Shown one piece after another: positions 38,882 through 49,463 of a DNA stretch of 64,000 bases. Origin of the DNA: Candidatus Latescibacterota bacterium. GTDB lineage: Bacteria > Latescibacterota > UBA2968 > UBA8231. Positions within the stretch are counted from its first letter, which is position 1; each line of letters starts with the position of its first letter. The notes below the pieces were generated by a model that saw nothing but the letters and a program-made list of their open reading frames with translations, made no database searches and was not told the DNA's origin. The DNA is taken from positions 5,344,001 to 5,408,000 of the forward strand of contig OZ241867.1 in assembly GCA_965203175.1 (NCBI GenBank), in the 5' to 3' direction. Both the position numbers and the translations under genes were made by a program.

Positions 38882-38947
38882 AGACTTAGTAAACTCACAA
38901 TTTTTTGGGTGGAATGGATTAAACTGCGGTGCGGCGACCAACAGGCG

Positions 38948-41782
38948 CTAGCGGACGCTGCCATATACCGTCACGAAGGAGAGGGCGCCCGTCTCCCGAG
39001 CGCTCGGCTGTTCAAAGCGCTCTAGGTAACGTCTGCTCACCCTTATCCCCATCAGGGTTTGCAGGGAATAGCCCAGATACGGCTTGTCGATGGAAAATTG
39101 CACGGCGAGCGAAGTTTCGTTGAAATCCCCGGTCGTATCCCCGACGCGTAAACCAGCAGTGGCCGTCTCGTCCTGGATAAAATCGCGGAAGATCAGGTGC
39201 TCAATGCCCAACTGCAGCGACACGTGGTTCAAAAAGGAACGCCGCAGCAAGAGCGAGGAGATCCCGCTCCAGTCTTGGCGCTCGGCGGTCGAGGCGCTGG
39301 TTAGGCGGCCGATATTGTAGGGGGTGTCGTCCATGAAGAGTTCGTGCTTGAAGCGCGGTTGCACTGTCAGCCGGCCCAGCGAAAATTGGTAATCTATGCG
39401 GTTGATCAGCCCCAGCCGCCGCGTGTTGCGGGCGATCTCGCGGCCAGCCCGGTCGCGGGCATTGGCGTCGCGCTGCCGAATGAATTCGTGGATGAACTTG
39501 CCTTCGCTATGGATACCCTTGTAGGTCTTGCCAGTGAAGCCAGCCCACAGCCGATTGACTATGGCGTTGCGCATCGCCAGCGGATCCATAACCGGCTGCA
39601 TCGCCCCTGGCGAGTCCAGCGGCCGACCCAGCTCGGGCCGCGCTGTCACCCACTGGACCACGTCGTCGGCGATGTCATCCTGTACCAGCTTAAACATGTT
39701 GTAAAAGGCAACATTTCCCATCGTCGAGAAATTGCGCTCATAGGCCAACAGAGCATAGCGAGTCAGATTCTTTGCGTCGGTGGACAAGCGCTGCACTTGC
39801 TCTTGCCCCACCATCCACTTCAGCTCCGGCGTCAGCCACGCCCCTAAGTAGGCGTTGTACCCGCGCCGGTCGCGCTTATAGGGATAATCCGGCTCGTCGT
39901 CGTTTTCAAAGCGCTCGCCCCAACCATTGTTGTTCAAGTCGATAGCGAAGACGAATTCCGGCCGATCGACGTAGTGACGCAGGAACTGCTCTTCGTAGTC
40001 GGGCATGAAATTGGGGCGCACTGGAGTGTTGTTCTGGTTGAAATCGGAAATAAAGTCGTTGTTTTCGTCGAGACCGGGAAACACCGCTCCGTCAGCTAGC
40101 CCCTCCTTGTCGCGCCGCTGGTCGAGGCGGATGTCGTTGTCGTCGTTGTCATCTACCAAGTCGTAGAGAAACTCCGACCGCGCCTCTTCGTCGTCGCTGT
40201 AATTGATTCGCCCACCCTGATCGACGAGGAACGACGTGGTGTTGTACTCGGCATCCATGCTGAACGCCTCGCCGAACAGGAAGAAGGGGTAGAATTCTCT
40301 GGCGACGTTGACCATCCAACCCGTCGCCGACTCATCCCCCAACACGCCGGACGCGCTGTGGTGCGTCTGCCGAGCGATGTTGGGGTACTGCCGGAACTGG
40401 TGGTTGACATTGTACTCGCCGTACATCCGAAAGCCCGCCCAATCGCTGACCTCGAAGCTAAAGCCGAAGACCTGGGTCGCTGTCGGCAGGCCGTAGTCGA
40501 AAACAACCCACCGCTGATTGGAATTGTCTTGGACATTGCCGTCTGCCCGCACCACGTTTAAAAACTTGGATTGGGCACCCAACGGTTCATTGTCGGTCTG
40601 GACGTCCGAGGTGATATCGATCCGGTAGTCGTTGTTGAGTAGGAAGCGGAACTTCACCGCGGTGATATTGTTGACCAAGTCGGCATCGTCGATGATGTCT
40701 TCCAGCGCCATCACCGCCGGGTCTTCAGAAGAGAAATTGTACCGATAGGTAATCTCGCCCTCGCTGCCAACTCCTTCGGCAACGGGAAAACCATTGCGCG
40801 TGGTGCCACCCTCTATCTGCGGCAGAAAACCAAGCTGGCTGCCGACCAGCACGGTGTCGCGACCGCCGATTTGAGTATGCACCTCAATATCTTGGTTGAA
40901 AACCGTAGGGCCGCCCACGCCGTCCTCGGGTGAGTCGTCTGTTATGCGGACGATGATCCAGTTGATGCGATTTTCTAGTTGGCCGTTAGTCAGCTTGCCC
41001 TTGAAGGGATTGCCGCCGCGGTCGGATTGCGATCGGTCGTTGTGGGCGTTGACAAAGGTCGCGCCCAAGCGCACGGCGTTGAGGACTTTCCACTCGCCCC
41101 TGATGCCCAGCAAGTTGGTAAAGTTCTCGGTGACGATGGGGACGCGCACGCCCGGGGCGATCTGATGCACAGGCAGACTAATCCGCGACATCAGCACCGT
41201 AGCGGCCAAGCGGTCGGCAGCATAGTCAAATTGCACTCCGTTGAACCTAGTTTTGCGGAACGTCATCGGCGTCAGCGTAGTGTTGATCAGGTCGCCGATG
41301 GTCACCCCCAAATAGTGCTGGCCCTTGGTATCGGTGGCGATGAGCAGGTTGCTAAACCACGAGTCGTAGCGCCCGGACGGCTTGAGCAGTCCCGAGCCTC
41401 CCGAGCTGGTCGGCTGCCGCTGCCGCCAGTCGTACACCAGCCAACCCTTGGTCAAATAGCGCCCGTACAGGTCGTAGAAATAGTCGCCTTCCTGCCCGGG
41501 AGAAAAGTAGCGCCGGTAGGGATCCCTAGCGTAATTGGTGTACTCCCACTGCCAGCGGTATTCGGAGACGATTTCCTGCGGCATGTACCAGCGCTTCAAC
41601 GCGGGAACAAACGCCGCCTGCTGCATGAGTGGGCCGGAGGCATAATAGGAAACCCGGTCCTCCTCGTTGGTCCCCAAACGGTTGCCGTAGTCGGGTTGGG
41701 CACTCGCCGGCACCAGCCCGGCCAGCAAGCAAACCGCCGCCCACCGCATGCACGTCCCCATTGTTAGATCGCGTCGCATCAT
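38948..41782 (-). CDS. Large exported hypothetical protein, putative outer-membrane protein (paralogue B)
   Basis: Signal peptide, amphipathic aromatic strands, acidic DDNDD/DENND loops; colinear with 41779..44571. Exact start uncertain. Confidence 0.6.
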   Translation of the reverse strand: MMRRDLTMGTCMRWAAVCLLAGLVPASAQPDYGNRLGTNEEDRVSYYASGPLMQQAAFVPALKRWYMPQEIVSEYRWQWEYTNYARDPYRRYFSPGQEGDYFYDLYGRYLTKGWLVYDWRQRQPTSSGGSGLLKPSGRYDSWFSNLLIATDTKGQHYLGVTIGDLINTTLTPMTFRKTRFNGVQFDYAADRLAATVLMSRISLPVHQIAPGVRVPIVTENFTNLLGIRGEWKVLNAVRLGATFVNAHNDRSQSDRGGNPFKGKLTNGQLENRINWIIVRITDDSPEDGVGGPTVFNQDIEVHTQIGGRDTVLVGSQLGFLPQIEGGTTRNGFPVAEGVGSEGEITYRYNFSSEDPAVMALEDIIDDADLVNNITAVKFRFLLNNDYRIDITSDVQTDNEPLGAQSKFLNVVRADGNVQDNSNQRWVVFDYGLPTATQVFGFSFEVSDWAGFRMYGEYNVNHQFRQYPNIARQTHHSASGVLGDESATGWMVNVAREFYPFFLFGEAFSMDAEYNTTSFLVDQGGRINYSDDEEARSEFLYDLVDDNDDNDIRLDQRRDKEGLADGAVFPGLDENNDFISDFNQNNTPVRPNFMPDYEEQFLRHYVDRPEFVFAIDLNNNGWGERFENDDEPDYPYKRDRRGYNAYLGAWLTPELKWMVGQEQVQRLSTDAKNLTRYALLAYERNFSTMGNVAFYNMFKLVQDDIADDVVQWVTARPELGRPLDSPGAMQPVMDPLAMRNAIVNRLWAGFTGKTYKGIHSEGKFIHEFIRQRDANARDRAGREIARNTRRLGLINRIDYQFSLGRLTVQPRFKHELFMDDTPYNIGRLTSASTAERQDWSGISSLLLRRSFLNHVSLQLGIEHLIFRDFIQDETATAGLRVGDTTGDFNETSLAVQFSIDKPYLGYSLQTLMGIRVSRRYLERFEQPSARETGALSFVTVYGSVR

Positions 41783-44571
41783 TCTACGCCAGCGTACACC
41801 GAGATAAAGCTAGTGCCGAAGGAGCGACTCTCGCTCTGTTTCACAAGGCCATCGTCACTCAACACCACGGCCTCGTCCCACCGCTTGGTATAGCTAACGC
41901 CAAACTGCGTGGTGAGCTTGTAGCCGAGATAGTGTCCGAGGGTCGTCCACTGCACGGCCAAGACCAAGTTGCGGAAATCACCCGTGTCTTGAGTCGGACC
42001 ATCGTCCAGCAAGGCGTCTTCGTCTAAGACCAGCTCGCGGAAAACCGAATACTCCACTCCGCTTTCGAGAAAGGAGTTGTTCAACACAGGCAGCCGCGCC
42101 TGTAAAATGCCGATCCCCATCCACTCCTTGCGGTCGGGATCGGCCTGTAAAAAGGCCGTCTGATTGAGGTATTCGCTTTTCACCTTGGGTTGCAGCACGA
42201 ACTGGCCGATCTTGCGGGTGTAATCCGCCTTATTGATCAAACCCAGAAACTGCGAGCTTTCATTGAGAATGGGCGCATCGCCGCTTTTGAAAGCCTGACC
42301 GCGCTGACTGAATAGGCTGTATTTGAATTTGTTGATCACATTCAGCTTTTTGAGCGGTTCGTAATCGAATTGCACGTAGCTGTCATTGACCCAGGTGTCT
42401 CTGGCCGGCAGGATGTCCTCAACAAGGGCCAGCGAGACTGTTTGCAGGTATAGCGTCGGCTCGCGGCGCACGTCGGGGATATTGTCCGCGACCTTTTTCA
42501 GCGAATTGAAAAACCGCAAGCGGCCCCATTGCGGGTGGTCGCGGTCGTACGCGAAAACGCCGTAGGTCGCGTGGCTGCGGCGATTGGAGGATATCTCGTC
42601 CTCGCGCAGTCTCCCCACTGTCAATCGCGCCTCCGGCGTCAGGTGTTGGCCAACGTAGACATTGTAGCCCCGGTGATTCCTGCGGTAGGGGTAGTCGGGC
42701 AAGTCGTCGTTTTCAAACCGATCGATCCAGTTGTTGTTGTTGAGGTCAATGCCAAAGAGAAATTCTGGCCGATCGACGTTGTAGCGGAAAAACGGCTCCT
42801 CGTAGTCCGGGATGCGATTGCTCAGCGAGATGTTGTCGTTTTGGTTGAAATCCGAGACGAAGTCGTTGTTTTCGTCCCAACCGGGGAAGACGATCGGGTC
42901 GGGGCCACCTTGACCCCTGCGGCTCCAATCAGGCGTGCGATCTTGGTCGTCGTTGTCATCGACAAACTCATACATTGAGGTGCGTTCGTCGTCGTAGTAC
43001 ACGTTGCCGCCTGAATCGACGATAAACGCCGTCGTCGAGTAATCGGGATCCATGCTGAAGGCTTCGCCAAACAAGAAAAACGGATAGGCCTGCTTGGAAA
43101 CGTTGACCATCCAAGCCGCGGCGTCGCGGGCGTGGGTGCTCAGGTTGCGGTCCGCGTTGGCGAGCGTGAGATTGGGGTACTGGGTGTAGTCGCGATTAAT
43201 GTCGTACTCGGCATAGGCGTCAAAGCCCATCAACTGCAACACTTCCATGGTGAATCCGAACACCATGTTGGCCGATGGCAGCCCGTAGTCAAAGACGACG
43301 CGCTGCTGATTTGAATTGTCTGTCACATTGCCTGCGGCGCTGCGGACATCGAACAGCACGGCACCCGCCTGCGCCAAGTCCAAACCCGTAAGCGGCGGGC
43401 TGGGCAAGCTGCCGCGCCCGATCTGGCGATCCGACCACACCTGGATCTTGTAGTCGTTGGCCACCACGAGATCGAACTGGATATCGACGATCTCCGTCGG
43501 CCGCGGGCCAATGTACGCTAGGTCTGTGAAGTCGTAGTTGATGACGATCTGTTCTTCTCCGTCGGCAGCCAGAAACCCCTCCCGGGGAAAGCCGCCGGTA
43601 ATCACCGGCCATTTGGTCGGATCGACTACCACCTCCCGCAAGCGGAATTTCGTGCGCTTCTTGGTGTCAAAATCCTCGGCGGTAATGATGATGTCGTGGG
43701 CAAACAACGCGGCACCGCCTTGGCCGTCTTCTGGGGAATCGTCGCTCAGCACCACAGCGAGGACCCGGATCGGGTCGCTGCCTTGTCCGGCCCCCAAGGA
43801 ACCGATGAACGGGTTGCGTTCAAACGCCTCGGCTAGCGTCTGCGAGTGGTGGGCATTGACCATAGTCGCGCCGACCTTAACAAAATCCCCCACCTGCACC
43901 GTCGCCCGCCCCCCCATCATATTGGTCGCGTTGGTCGAGACGTTGGGCTGGCGCTCGGGGGTGGTGCCGAGGATCGCCTCGCTGGCGCGGGAGAACAACA
44001 GCGTCGCCTCGTATTTGTTCGCGGCAAAATCCATCTGGATGCCGTTGAAACGCGGCTTCGAAAAGGTTAGCGGGGTCAGGGCGGTGCGGATGCGCTCGCC
44101 GATGGTGATCGCCAAGTAATACTGATCGCGCGAGTCAGAGGAGACCGTGACGGCGTTGAACCACGAATTGAACTTGGGGTCTTTGTAGATCGACGAACCG
44201 AATTGGCCCGGTTGTGTCTGGTTCCAGTCGAAAACCAGCCAGCCCCAAGTCTGATAATTCCCATACAGGTCGTAAAACGGCCCGCCTTGGCGGTTGGTGT
44301 TGACGTAGCGCTGGTATAAGTCTCTGGCGTAATTCGAGTACTCCCACTGGCGAAAGCCGTAATCGACGTATAACTCCTGCGGCACGTACCATTTCTTGAG
44401 CGCCGGATCGAGCGCATCGAAGAGGACGCCCGGGCCGCGCGGCTCAAAGGTGAGTTGGGCTCCGCGCTGGGTCCCGAAACGACGGTCCAACGACTGGCCG
44501 GTCACCTCAGTCGCCAGCAATACCAGTGCAAAGAGGACCAGCCACGCAGGCATCCCCCTAGTTCTGCCCAT
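41779..44571 (-). CDS. Large exported hypothetical protein, putative outer-membrane protein (paralogue A)
   Basis: Signal peptide; KKWYVPQE, DDSPEDG and PGWDENNDFVSDFNQND motifs shared with paralogue B; GGAGG RBS. Confidence 0.6.
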   Translation of the reverse strand: MGRTRGMPAWLVLFALVLLATEVTGQSLDRRFGTQRGAQLTFEPRGPGVLFDALDPALKKWYVPQELYVDYGFRQWEYSNYARDLYQRYVNTNRQGGPFYDLYGNYQTWGWLVFDWNQTQPGQFGSSIYKDPKFNSWFNAVTVSSDSRDQYYLAITIGERIRTALTPLTFSKPRFNGIQMDFAANKYEATLLFSRASEAILGTTPERQPNVSTNATNMMGGRATVQVGDFVKVGATMVNAHHSQTLAEAFERNPFIGSLGAGQGSDPIRVLAVVLSDDSPEDGQGGAALFAHDIIITAEDFDTKKRTKFRLREVVVDPTKWPVITGGFPREGFLAADGEEQIVINYDFTDLAYIGPRPTEIVDIQFDLVVANDYKIQVWSDRQIGRGSLPSPPLTGLDLAQAGAVLFDVRSAAGNVTDNSNQQRVVFDYGLPSANMVFGFTMEVLQLMGFDAYAEYDINRDYTQYPNLTLANADRNLSTHARDAAAWMVNVSKQAYPFFLFGEAFSMDPDYSTTAFIVDSGGNVYYDDERTSMYEFVDDNDDQDRTPDWSRRGQGGPDPIVFPGWDENNDFVSDFNQNDNISLSNRIPDYEEPFFRYNVDRPEFLFGIDLNNNNWIDRFENDDLPDYPYRRNHRGYNVYVGQHLTPEARLTVGRLREDEISSNRRSHATYGVFAYDRDHPQWGRLRFFNSLKKVADNIPDVRREPTLYLQTVSLALVEDILPARDTWVNDSYVQFDYEPLKKLNVINKFKYSLFSQRGQAFKSGDAPILNESSQFLGLINKADYTRKIGQFVLQPKVKSEYLNQTAFLQADPDRKEWMGIGILQARLPVLNNSFLESGVEYSVFRELVLDEDALLDDGPTQDTGDFRNLVLAVQWTTLGHYLGYKLTTQFGVSYTKRWDEAVVLSDDGLVKQSESRSFGTSFISVYAGVE

Positions 44572-44603
44572 TAAATCCCTCCGTTAGAAAACAAATCTTC
44601 TTA

Positions 44604-44630
44604 GTCATGCTGAGCGCAGCGAAGCATCTC
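44604..44630. repeat. Half of a REP-like palindromic element
   Basis: GTCATGCTGAGCGCAGCGAAGCATCTC resembles the arm of a widespread intergenic repeat family as I recall it; no second arm seen here. Confidence 0.4.
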
Positions 44631-44643
44631 ATACCCACATGCG

Positions 44644-46842
44644 TTAATAAACCATCTCGACGATACCCACCACCGCATCCTCTTTGGCATCGGTGGCCAA
44701 ATGGACACGGAAGAGGTAAATACCCGGAGGCATCTGTTGTCCGGCAGCATTCGTGCCGTCCCACTGCGCGGAGAAACTCCCACCTCCTTGCTCGCCTGCA
44801 AAGAGCGTGCGGACGAGGTGTCCGGCTAGATCGAACACGCGCACAGTAAGCGGCGCGGCATCGACCAACCGCACCAAATCGCAGTGTATCCGCGTTTCGT
44901 CATTGATCCCATCTCCGTTGGGACTGAAGATACGCGGTTGGGCCGCGACGTTGATCATGAGGCGGCCTCCTGCCAGCGGCACTCTTACCGCTAAGTCGTT
45001 CGGGTCGGCGGCCCCGATAGGTATTAGATCGTCGTCCGCCTCCCCCAGATCGGCCGCATTGCCGCCGATGACCCGCTGGCCAAGGTCGTCGGTAGCACTG
45101 TTCCAAGCGGTGCCGGTAAAGGTCGTGCCAAACCTCAGCACGCGGCACTTGAAGCGAATTTTGACCAGCGCCGCCCGGCCCTTGGCCAAATCGCTTTCCG
45201 TGATTGCGGGAAAGCGCACCCGCAGATGCCGCTCGGCCACCGATTCCACGGCAAAAAGACCGCTGTCGTCTTGCACGGGTAGATTAGTCAGGTCCACGCC
45301 CGTGAAATCCGCTGTTTGCACTTGGCCGTCTGCGTGTACCACTTCGATAGTCTCAACCTCTTCAGAGCGCACGGGCGTGGCGATCTCAAAAACATCGAAA
45401 CCTATATCGACGCCCTGGCGCATCTTGGTCGGCAGGACGGCATACGTAAACGACACCGGAACGCCCAGTTCGACTTGGCGCGGGACGACCTCGCTGATGA
45501 TCCGCTCCGTCAGCGGCGGGTTGGACACTGTAAAGGCGAGCGCACCCAACACCCGGGCGGATTCCAAGTTTTGGCTGTTGAATTCAGCCTTCAACTGGAA
45601 ATAACGACGCGGGCCGGGCGAGAGGATGGGTACGCCCTGTGCGTCGTCGCCGATGTTTGCGGCGTTTACAGTACCCGCAGTTAGCTTATAGGGCGGCGAC
45701 CAGCGGCTCCAAGCGACTAAGTCGTCGCGCACGTCGCCCTTATCCGCCTTTTTCAAATCGTCGTACTCGTCCTGCGTCAACGCCACCCGGCTGCGCTCGT
45801 CAATGGGCAGGGCGTTGAAGAAGTCGAGGGCTTCTTCAACATCGTCAACCGCGTCTAAGTCAATCGCATCGCCTGTCGCCGTATTCGCAACCGCTCCTTC
45901 CCGCCACGGCACCTCTTCACCGCTGCCTGGATGCAGGCGAGTGAATTCCAACGGCGTATCGTCCCAGCCGCTGCGCGAACTGATCAGCAAGCGCGACAGG
46001 CGTTCTGTACCAAAGTGCTCCTCCTCCCAGCGGATGCGTCCCCACAGCGCCAATTCCTCGCCAAAATCGAAGATGTTGGAAAGGTAGTCGGCGCGGGGCA
46101 CAAACCCGGAGCCAAAGACGCGGAATTCCGCAACCTCAAACCCCACGGTGGTCTGCGATTTCAGGCGGATATAGCGGACGTATTGCGGCGGGATGGTCAG
46201 TTCGACGACCGGCTGTTCGTTTTCCGTCTCCAGTTCGACGGTGGTCAGCACCGGCTGATTGGCCACCTGCGTTTCTTCGCTGCCGTCGTTGAGCAGCAGT
46301 TCAAAGCCGCGCAGGAAATCGTTCTGGAACGGGAAATCGGGGGCGGGAAAATCGGGGTGCGCGTTGCGGGGGAAAAACTGGATTCGCTCGACGCCGAACC
46401 GCGCGCCGAGATCGAAGTCCATGATTACCCCAAGTGAGTTGACCTGGCTCGCCCCGCGGGCTGTCTTGCGCTCAAAGGCGGTCGTGGGATCGTCGTCGAT
46501 CATAAAAATTAGCTGGTCTTTTATGACCTGCGACAATATGGTCGGCGCGCCGAGGCGACCGCCGCGGTCGAGGAGGTCCAAAGCGATATTTACGGTCTCA
46601 TCCGCCTGTTGCGGCGACAACCAGCCCACCCGGCCGTCGGCATCAAACTCGAGCACATTGCCCGGGGTATTGCTAACCTCGACCTCGGTCGGACCGGTTT
46701 GTATTAAGGCCGCGATAGTCCCACCGCCGCTCGCCCACTCCAACCCATCCTCGCCACCCATGACAATAGTGCGGCGCTCCGCCCCTAGATTTTGAACCGC
46801 CAACAATACCAGCACCAGCGCCTGCGCGCGCGGATACAACAC
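44644..46842 (-). CDS. Exported protein with discoidin-like region and C-terminal FlgD-Ig/CHU_C-like domain
   Basis: Signal peptide; DFDLG..F.VERIQF; C-terminal FSPNGDGIND...VFDLAGHLVR...WDG...PPGIY. Confidence 0.75.
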   Translation of the reverse strand: MLYPRAQALVLVLLAVQNLGAERRTIVMGGEDGLEWASGGGTIAALIQTGPTEVEVSNTPGNVLEFDADGRVGWLSPQQADETVNIALDLLDRGGRLGAPTILSQVIKDQLIFMIDDDPTTAFERKTARGASQVNSLGVIMDFDLGARFGVERIQFFPRNAHPDFPAPDFPFQNDFLRGFELLLNDGSEETQVANQPVLTTVELETENEQPVVELTIPPQYVRYIRLKSQTTVGFEVAEFRVFGSGFVPRADYLSNIFDFGEELALWGRIRWEEEHFGTERLSRLLISSRSGWDDTPLEFTRLHPGSGEEVPWREGAVANTATGDAIDLDAVDDVEEALDFFNALPIDERSRVALTQDEYDDLKKADKGDVRDDLVAWSRWSPPYKLTAGTVNAANIGDDAQGVPILSPGPRRYFQLKAEFNSQNLESARVLGALAFTVSNPPLTERIISEVVPRQVELGVPVSFTYAVLPTKMRQGVDIGFDVFEIATPVRSEEVETIEVVHADGQVQTADFTGVDLTNLPVQDDSGLFAVESVAERHLRVRFPAITESDLAKGRAALVKIRFKCRVLRFGTTFTGTAWNSATDDLGQRVIGGNAADLGEADDDLIPIGAADPNDLAVRVPLAGGRLMINVAAQPRIFSPNGDGINDETRIHCDLVRLVDAAPLTVRVFDLAGHLVRTLFAGEQGGGSFSAQWDGTNAAGQQMPPGIYLFRVHLATDAKEDAVVGIVEMVY

Positions 46843-46867
46843 AGCCGACTATCTCCTCATAGGTTGG

Positions 46868-49441
46868 TCAATACGCCACGTGCAGCAGGCGCTGCACTCC
46901 CGTTTGCCGCACTCCGCGATGCGAATCCGCGTCAATGTCGATGCGCAAGATGTAAATCCCAGGCGGCACCAGCCGTCCCTGCTGGTCATCGGCCACCCAG
47001 TCGAGCACGTATTTCCCCGCCACTAAGGACTTCTGAGCATCAAGTCGGCGCACCAACCGCCCGCCTAGATCGTAGATTCGCACTTTGACCGGGCGCACGC
47101 CGCTCAACCGACGTACAGTAAAATCAATGGTTAGCGCGTCGTTGACCCCGTCGCCGTTGGGAGTCACTACTTCCGGCTGGATGCCTAGGTCGCCGAGCAC
47201 GTTGTTGTCCTGCACCGAAGCTAGGATCTGCAGCCCCTGACTCTGGGCCAATTCGGTCACGTCCGCCGGATCGACCCGTTGCCACGAGTTGGCCAACGAC
47301 GAATTGCCCATCGCCGCTTGGAGCACTGCTCCGGGGGAAAACAGAGCCGTCGTAAACCGCACCTCGATCAGATCGACCTGTCCGCCCTGCTTTACCAGCC
47401 GGTCGAGGCGCAACCAGAGTGAGTCGGAGCGCGTCTCCATCACCTGCACATTGGCCAGCTCTTCGGCTTGGCCGCTTTCCCATTGTGCCGTGCTGCCCAA
47501 GCGCAATGCGCCGAATTCGAGCGACATGTCTGGCGGGGTGCGCACTAGGATCTCGTCGAAGCCCAAATCCTGCGACGTGAAGATCGGCTTGACAAATAGC
47601 GAAACCTCCTGCGGCGCGCCCAAGCGCGCAAAGACCCCCGCGTCCAGTTCGCCTTGCAGTTGTTTCGCTACCGGCGGGTTGAAGTTCAAGCGAATGGAGT
47701 GCAGACTGGCTGCATCCAGGGGATCTGGGGTCGTCAACCGGGCGCGCAATAGCAGGTATTGGCGCGGGCTAGGCGAAGCAATCGGATCGCCGGACCGCGC
47801 GTAGGGCGCACTCCAGTTGCTCCAGTCGGACCCAGCCACCTGTAGGGTGTCGATCCGGCCCTTTTTAAAAAAGCCCAACTTCGCGTATTTGCCCTCCGAG
47901 ACTTCCGTGCCACCACTGTCGTAGTACCGGTATGCTTCGGCGACCTCATTACCGGTGCGGGTCTGGATTTGCACGGACGTGCCTGGAGGCGTGTCCGCCT
48001 CCCATTCAATCGATATCAAATTCTTCGCACTGCCCAGCGGAATCAGACCCGAAACCAGTTCCACCTCCGGGTGGTAGCCTTCGCCGTACAACTGGACTTC
48101 GCGGATCCGCGCTTTGGTTCCCTCGCCGCGCACCGACTTATCGATGAAGGGATAGGAAACGCGCACGAAGCGGGCGGGCATAGGTTGAAACCTGTTGGTT
48201 TCGGTATCCCTGCCTATGCCGCGCACCTGTTCGGGTGCGGTCCATATTAGACCGCCGCCCGCCGCCGGCGTGCCGTCCGAAATCTGAATTTCGTATATGT
48301 TGAAGCTGGCCCCGGAAAGCCGCCCACCGCCTGCGAAGAGATTGTACCACATCTGTACGGTATCCAGCCAGAACGACACTCCCAAGTCGAACTCCAAGAA
48401 TCGCTCCCCGAATGTGACACTCCCAGAGGCAAATGCCGCGAGGTTGAAGGTCAAGTAGGTTCCTTCGCCGTCGAGCAGGTTGGCCGCCGACCCCTCGTGG
48501 GAACTCTCCGCGCTACCCTTGCGATCCGCGATCAACCCTTGGGAGATATTCCGGCCCACTTCATAGACTTCTAACTCGGCTAAGCGCGGCCGCTCGCGGC
48601 GATAATAGCGGACGGTGCCGCGCACTTGGGGATCGATTACCTCGTAGATCTCCGGCTCGATCTCAACTTCCCCTTCTCCCACCCTCTTGTAGTAAACCAC
48701 ATCCCCTCGATTGGCCTCTGTGAGTGTCTCGTACTCCCCTTCCGATACCTCTTGTCCCCTCATACCATTGCTCTCGGTCACCACAACCTGCACAAAGCGC
48801 ACCATATCGCCTTCAAAATCTCGGCCCGGCACCATGTGAACCAACTCCCCGCCGTCCAGATCTACCACGAATAAACGCTGGCTCTTGTTGTCACTGGGAG
48901 TCCGGAAAACCTGTTTAGTGGGGACTATGCCCGCGATCTGGGCACCCTTGTCGGCGTTGTCGGCGGTCAGCACTACAAATTGCAGAAAGGGGTCGCCCTC
49001 CCCTTCGGGTACGAACTTCAGTCCGATCCGAGTGGCGTTGATCAAGCGACCCATATCGACCTCGAACCACCAATCCTGCAACGGGCTATCCGGGTCGGGT
49101 TCCCAGTAGGTTGTCTCGTCCCCATCGAAGAGATTGGGGATATCCTCCTCGTTGGAACCCGCTTTTATAGCATCGAGGATGGTCACGCTCTCGGGTTTTC
49201 CAGCGGAGCGCAGCAGATGTTCGAGAATGTCCGTCACGGCGTTGTGGTCCTTGGGGACAAAGGCCGGGCGAACCTCGCCGCTGGGAGCAATAGCCAGCGT
49301 CCCCGGGACGAACGTCCAATGGCTCCAGTGGCTCTGGGTGTTCACCACCACTTGGTTGGATCCCAGACTGTGATCCTGTCCCCAAACGAAATTGCACAAC
49401 CCGAGGCTCATCCCCAGTAAGACCATGATCCTTCTGCTCAT
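46868..49441 (-). CDS. Exported protein with discoidin-like regions and C-terminal FlgD-Ig/CHU_C-like domain
   Basis: LFDGDETTYW, WFEVDMG; C-terminal TPNGDGVND...IYDLGGRLVR...VPPGIY. Confidence 0.75.
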   Translation of the reverse strand: MSRRIMVLLGMSLGLCNFVWGQDHSLGSNQVVVNTQSHWSHWTFVPGTLAIAPSGEVRPAFVPKDHNAVTDILEHLLRSAGKPESVTILDAIKAGSNEEDIPNLFDGDETTYWEPDPDSPLQDWWFEVDMGRLINATRIGLKFVPEGEGDPFLQFVVLTADNADKGAQIAGIVPTKQVFRTPSDNKSQRLFVVDLDGGELVHMVPGRDFEGDMVRFVQVVVTESNGMRGQEVSEGEYETLTEANRGDVVYYKRVGEGEVEIEPEIYEVIDPQVRGTVRYYRRERPRLAELEVYEVGRNISQGLIADRKGSAESSHEGSAANLLDGEGTYLTFNLAAFASGSVTFGERFLEFDLGVSFWLDTVQMWYNLFAGGGRLSGASFNIYEIQISDGTPAAGGGLIWTAPEQVRGIGRDTETNRFQPMPARFVRVSYPFIDKSVRGEGTKARIREVQLYGEGYHPEVELVSGLIPLGSAKNLISIEWEADTPPGTSVQIQTRTGNEVAEAYRYYDSGGTEVSEGKYAKLGFFKKGRIDTLQVAGSDWSNWSAPYARSGDPIASPSPRQYLLLRARLTTPDPLDAASLHSIRLNFNPPVAKQLQGELDAGVFARLGAPQEVSLFVKPIFTSQDLGFDEILVRTPPDMSLEFGALRLGSTAQWESGQAEELANVQVMETRSDSLWLRLDRLVKQGGQVDLIEVRFTTALFSPGAVLQAAMGNSSLANSWQRVDPADVTELAQSQGLQILASVQDNNVLGDLGIQPEVVTPNGDGVNDALTIDFTVRRLSGVRPVKVRIYDLGGRLVRRLDAQKSLVAGKYVLDWVADDQQGRLVPPGIYILRIDIDADSHRGVRQTGVQRLLHVAY

Positions 49442-49463
49442 CGCACCTATCTCCTGAACACCC

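Noticed and set aside
38948-44571. TonB-dependent receptors, SusC or BamA
   Set aside because: No TonB box, plug motif or POTRA-like region recognised, and no terminal Phe; left as unknown putative outer-membrane proteins.
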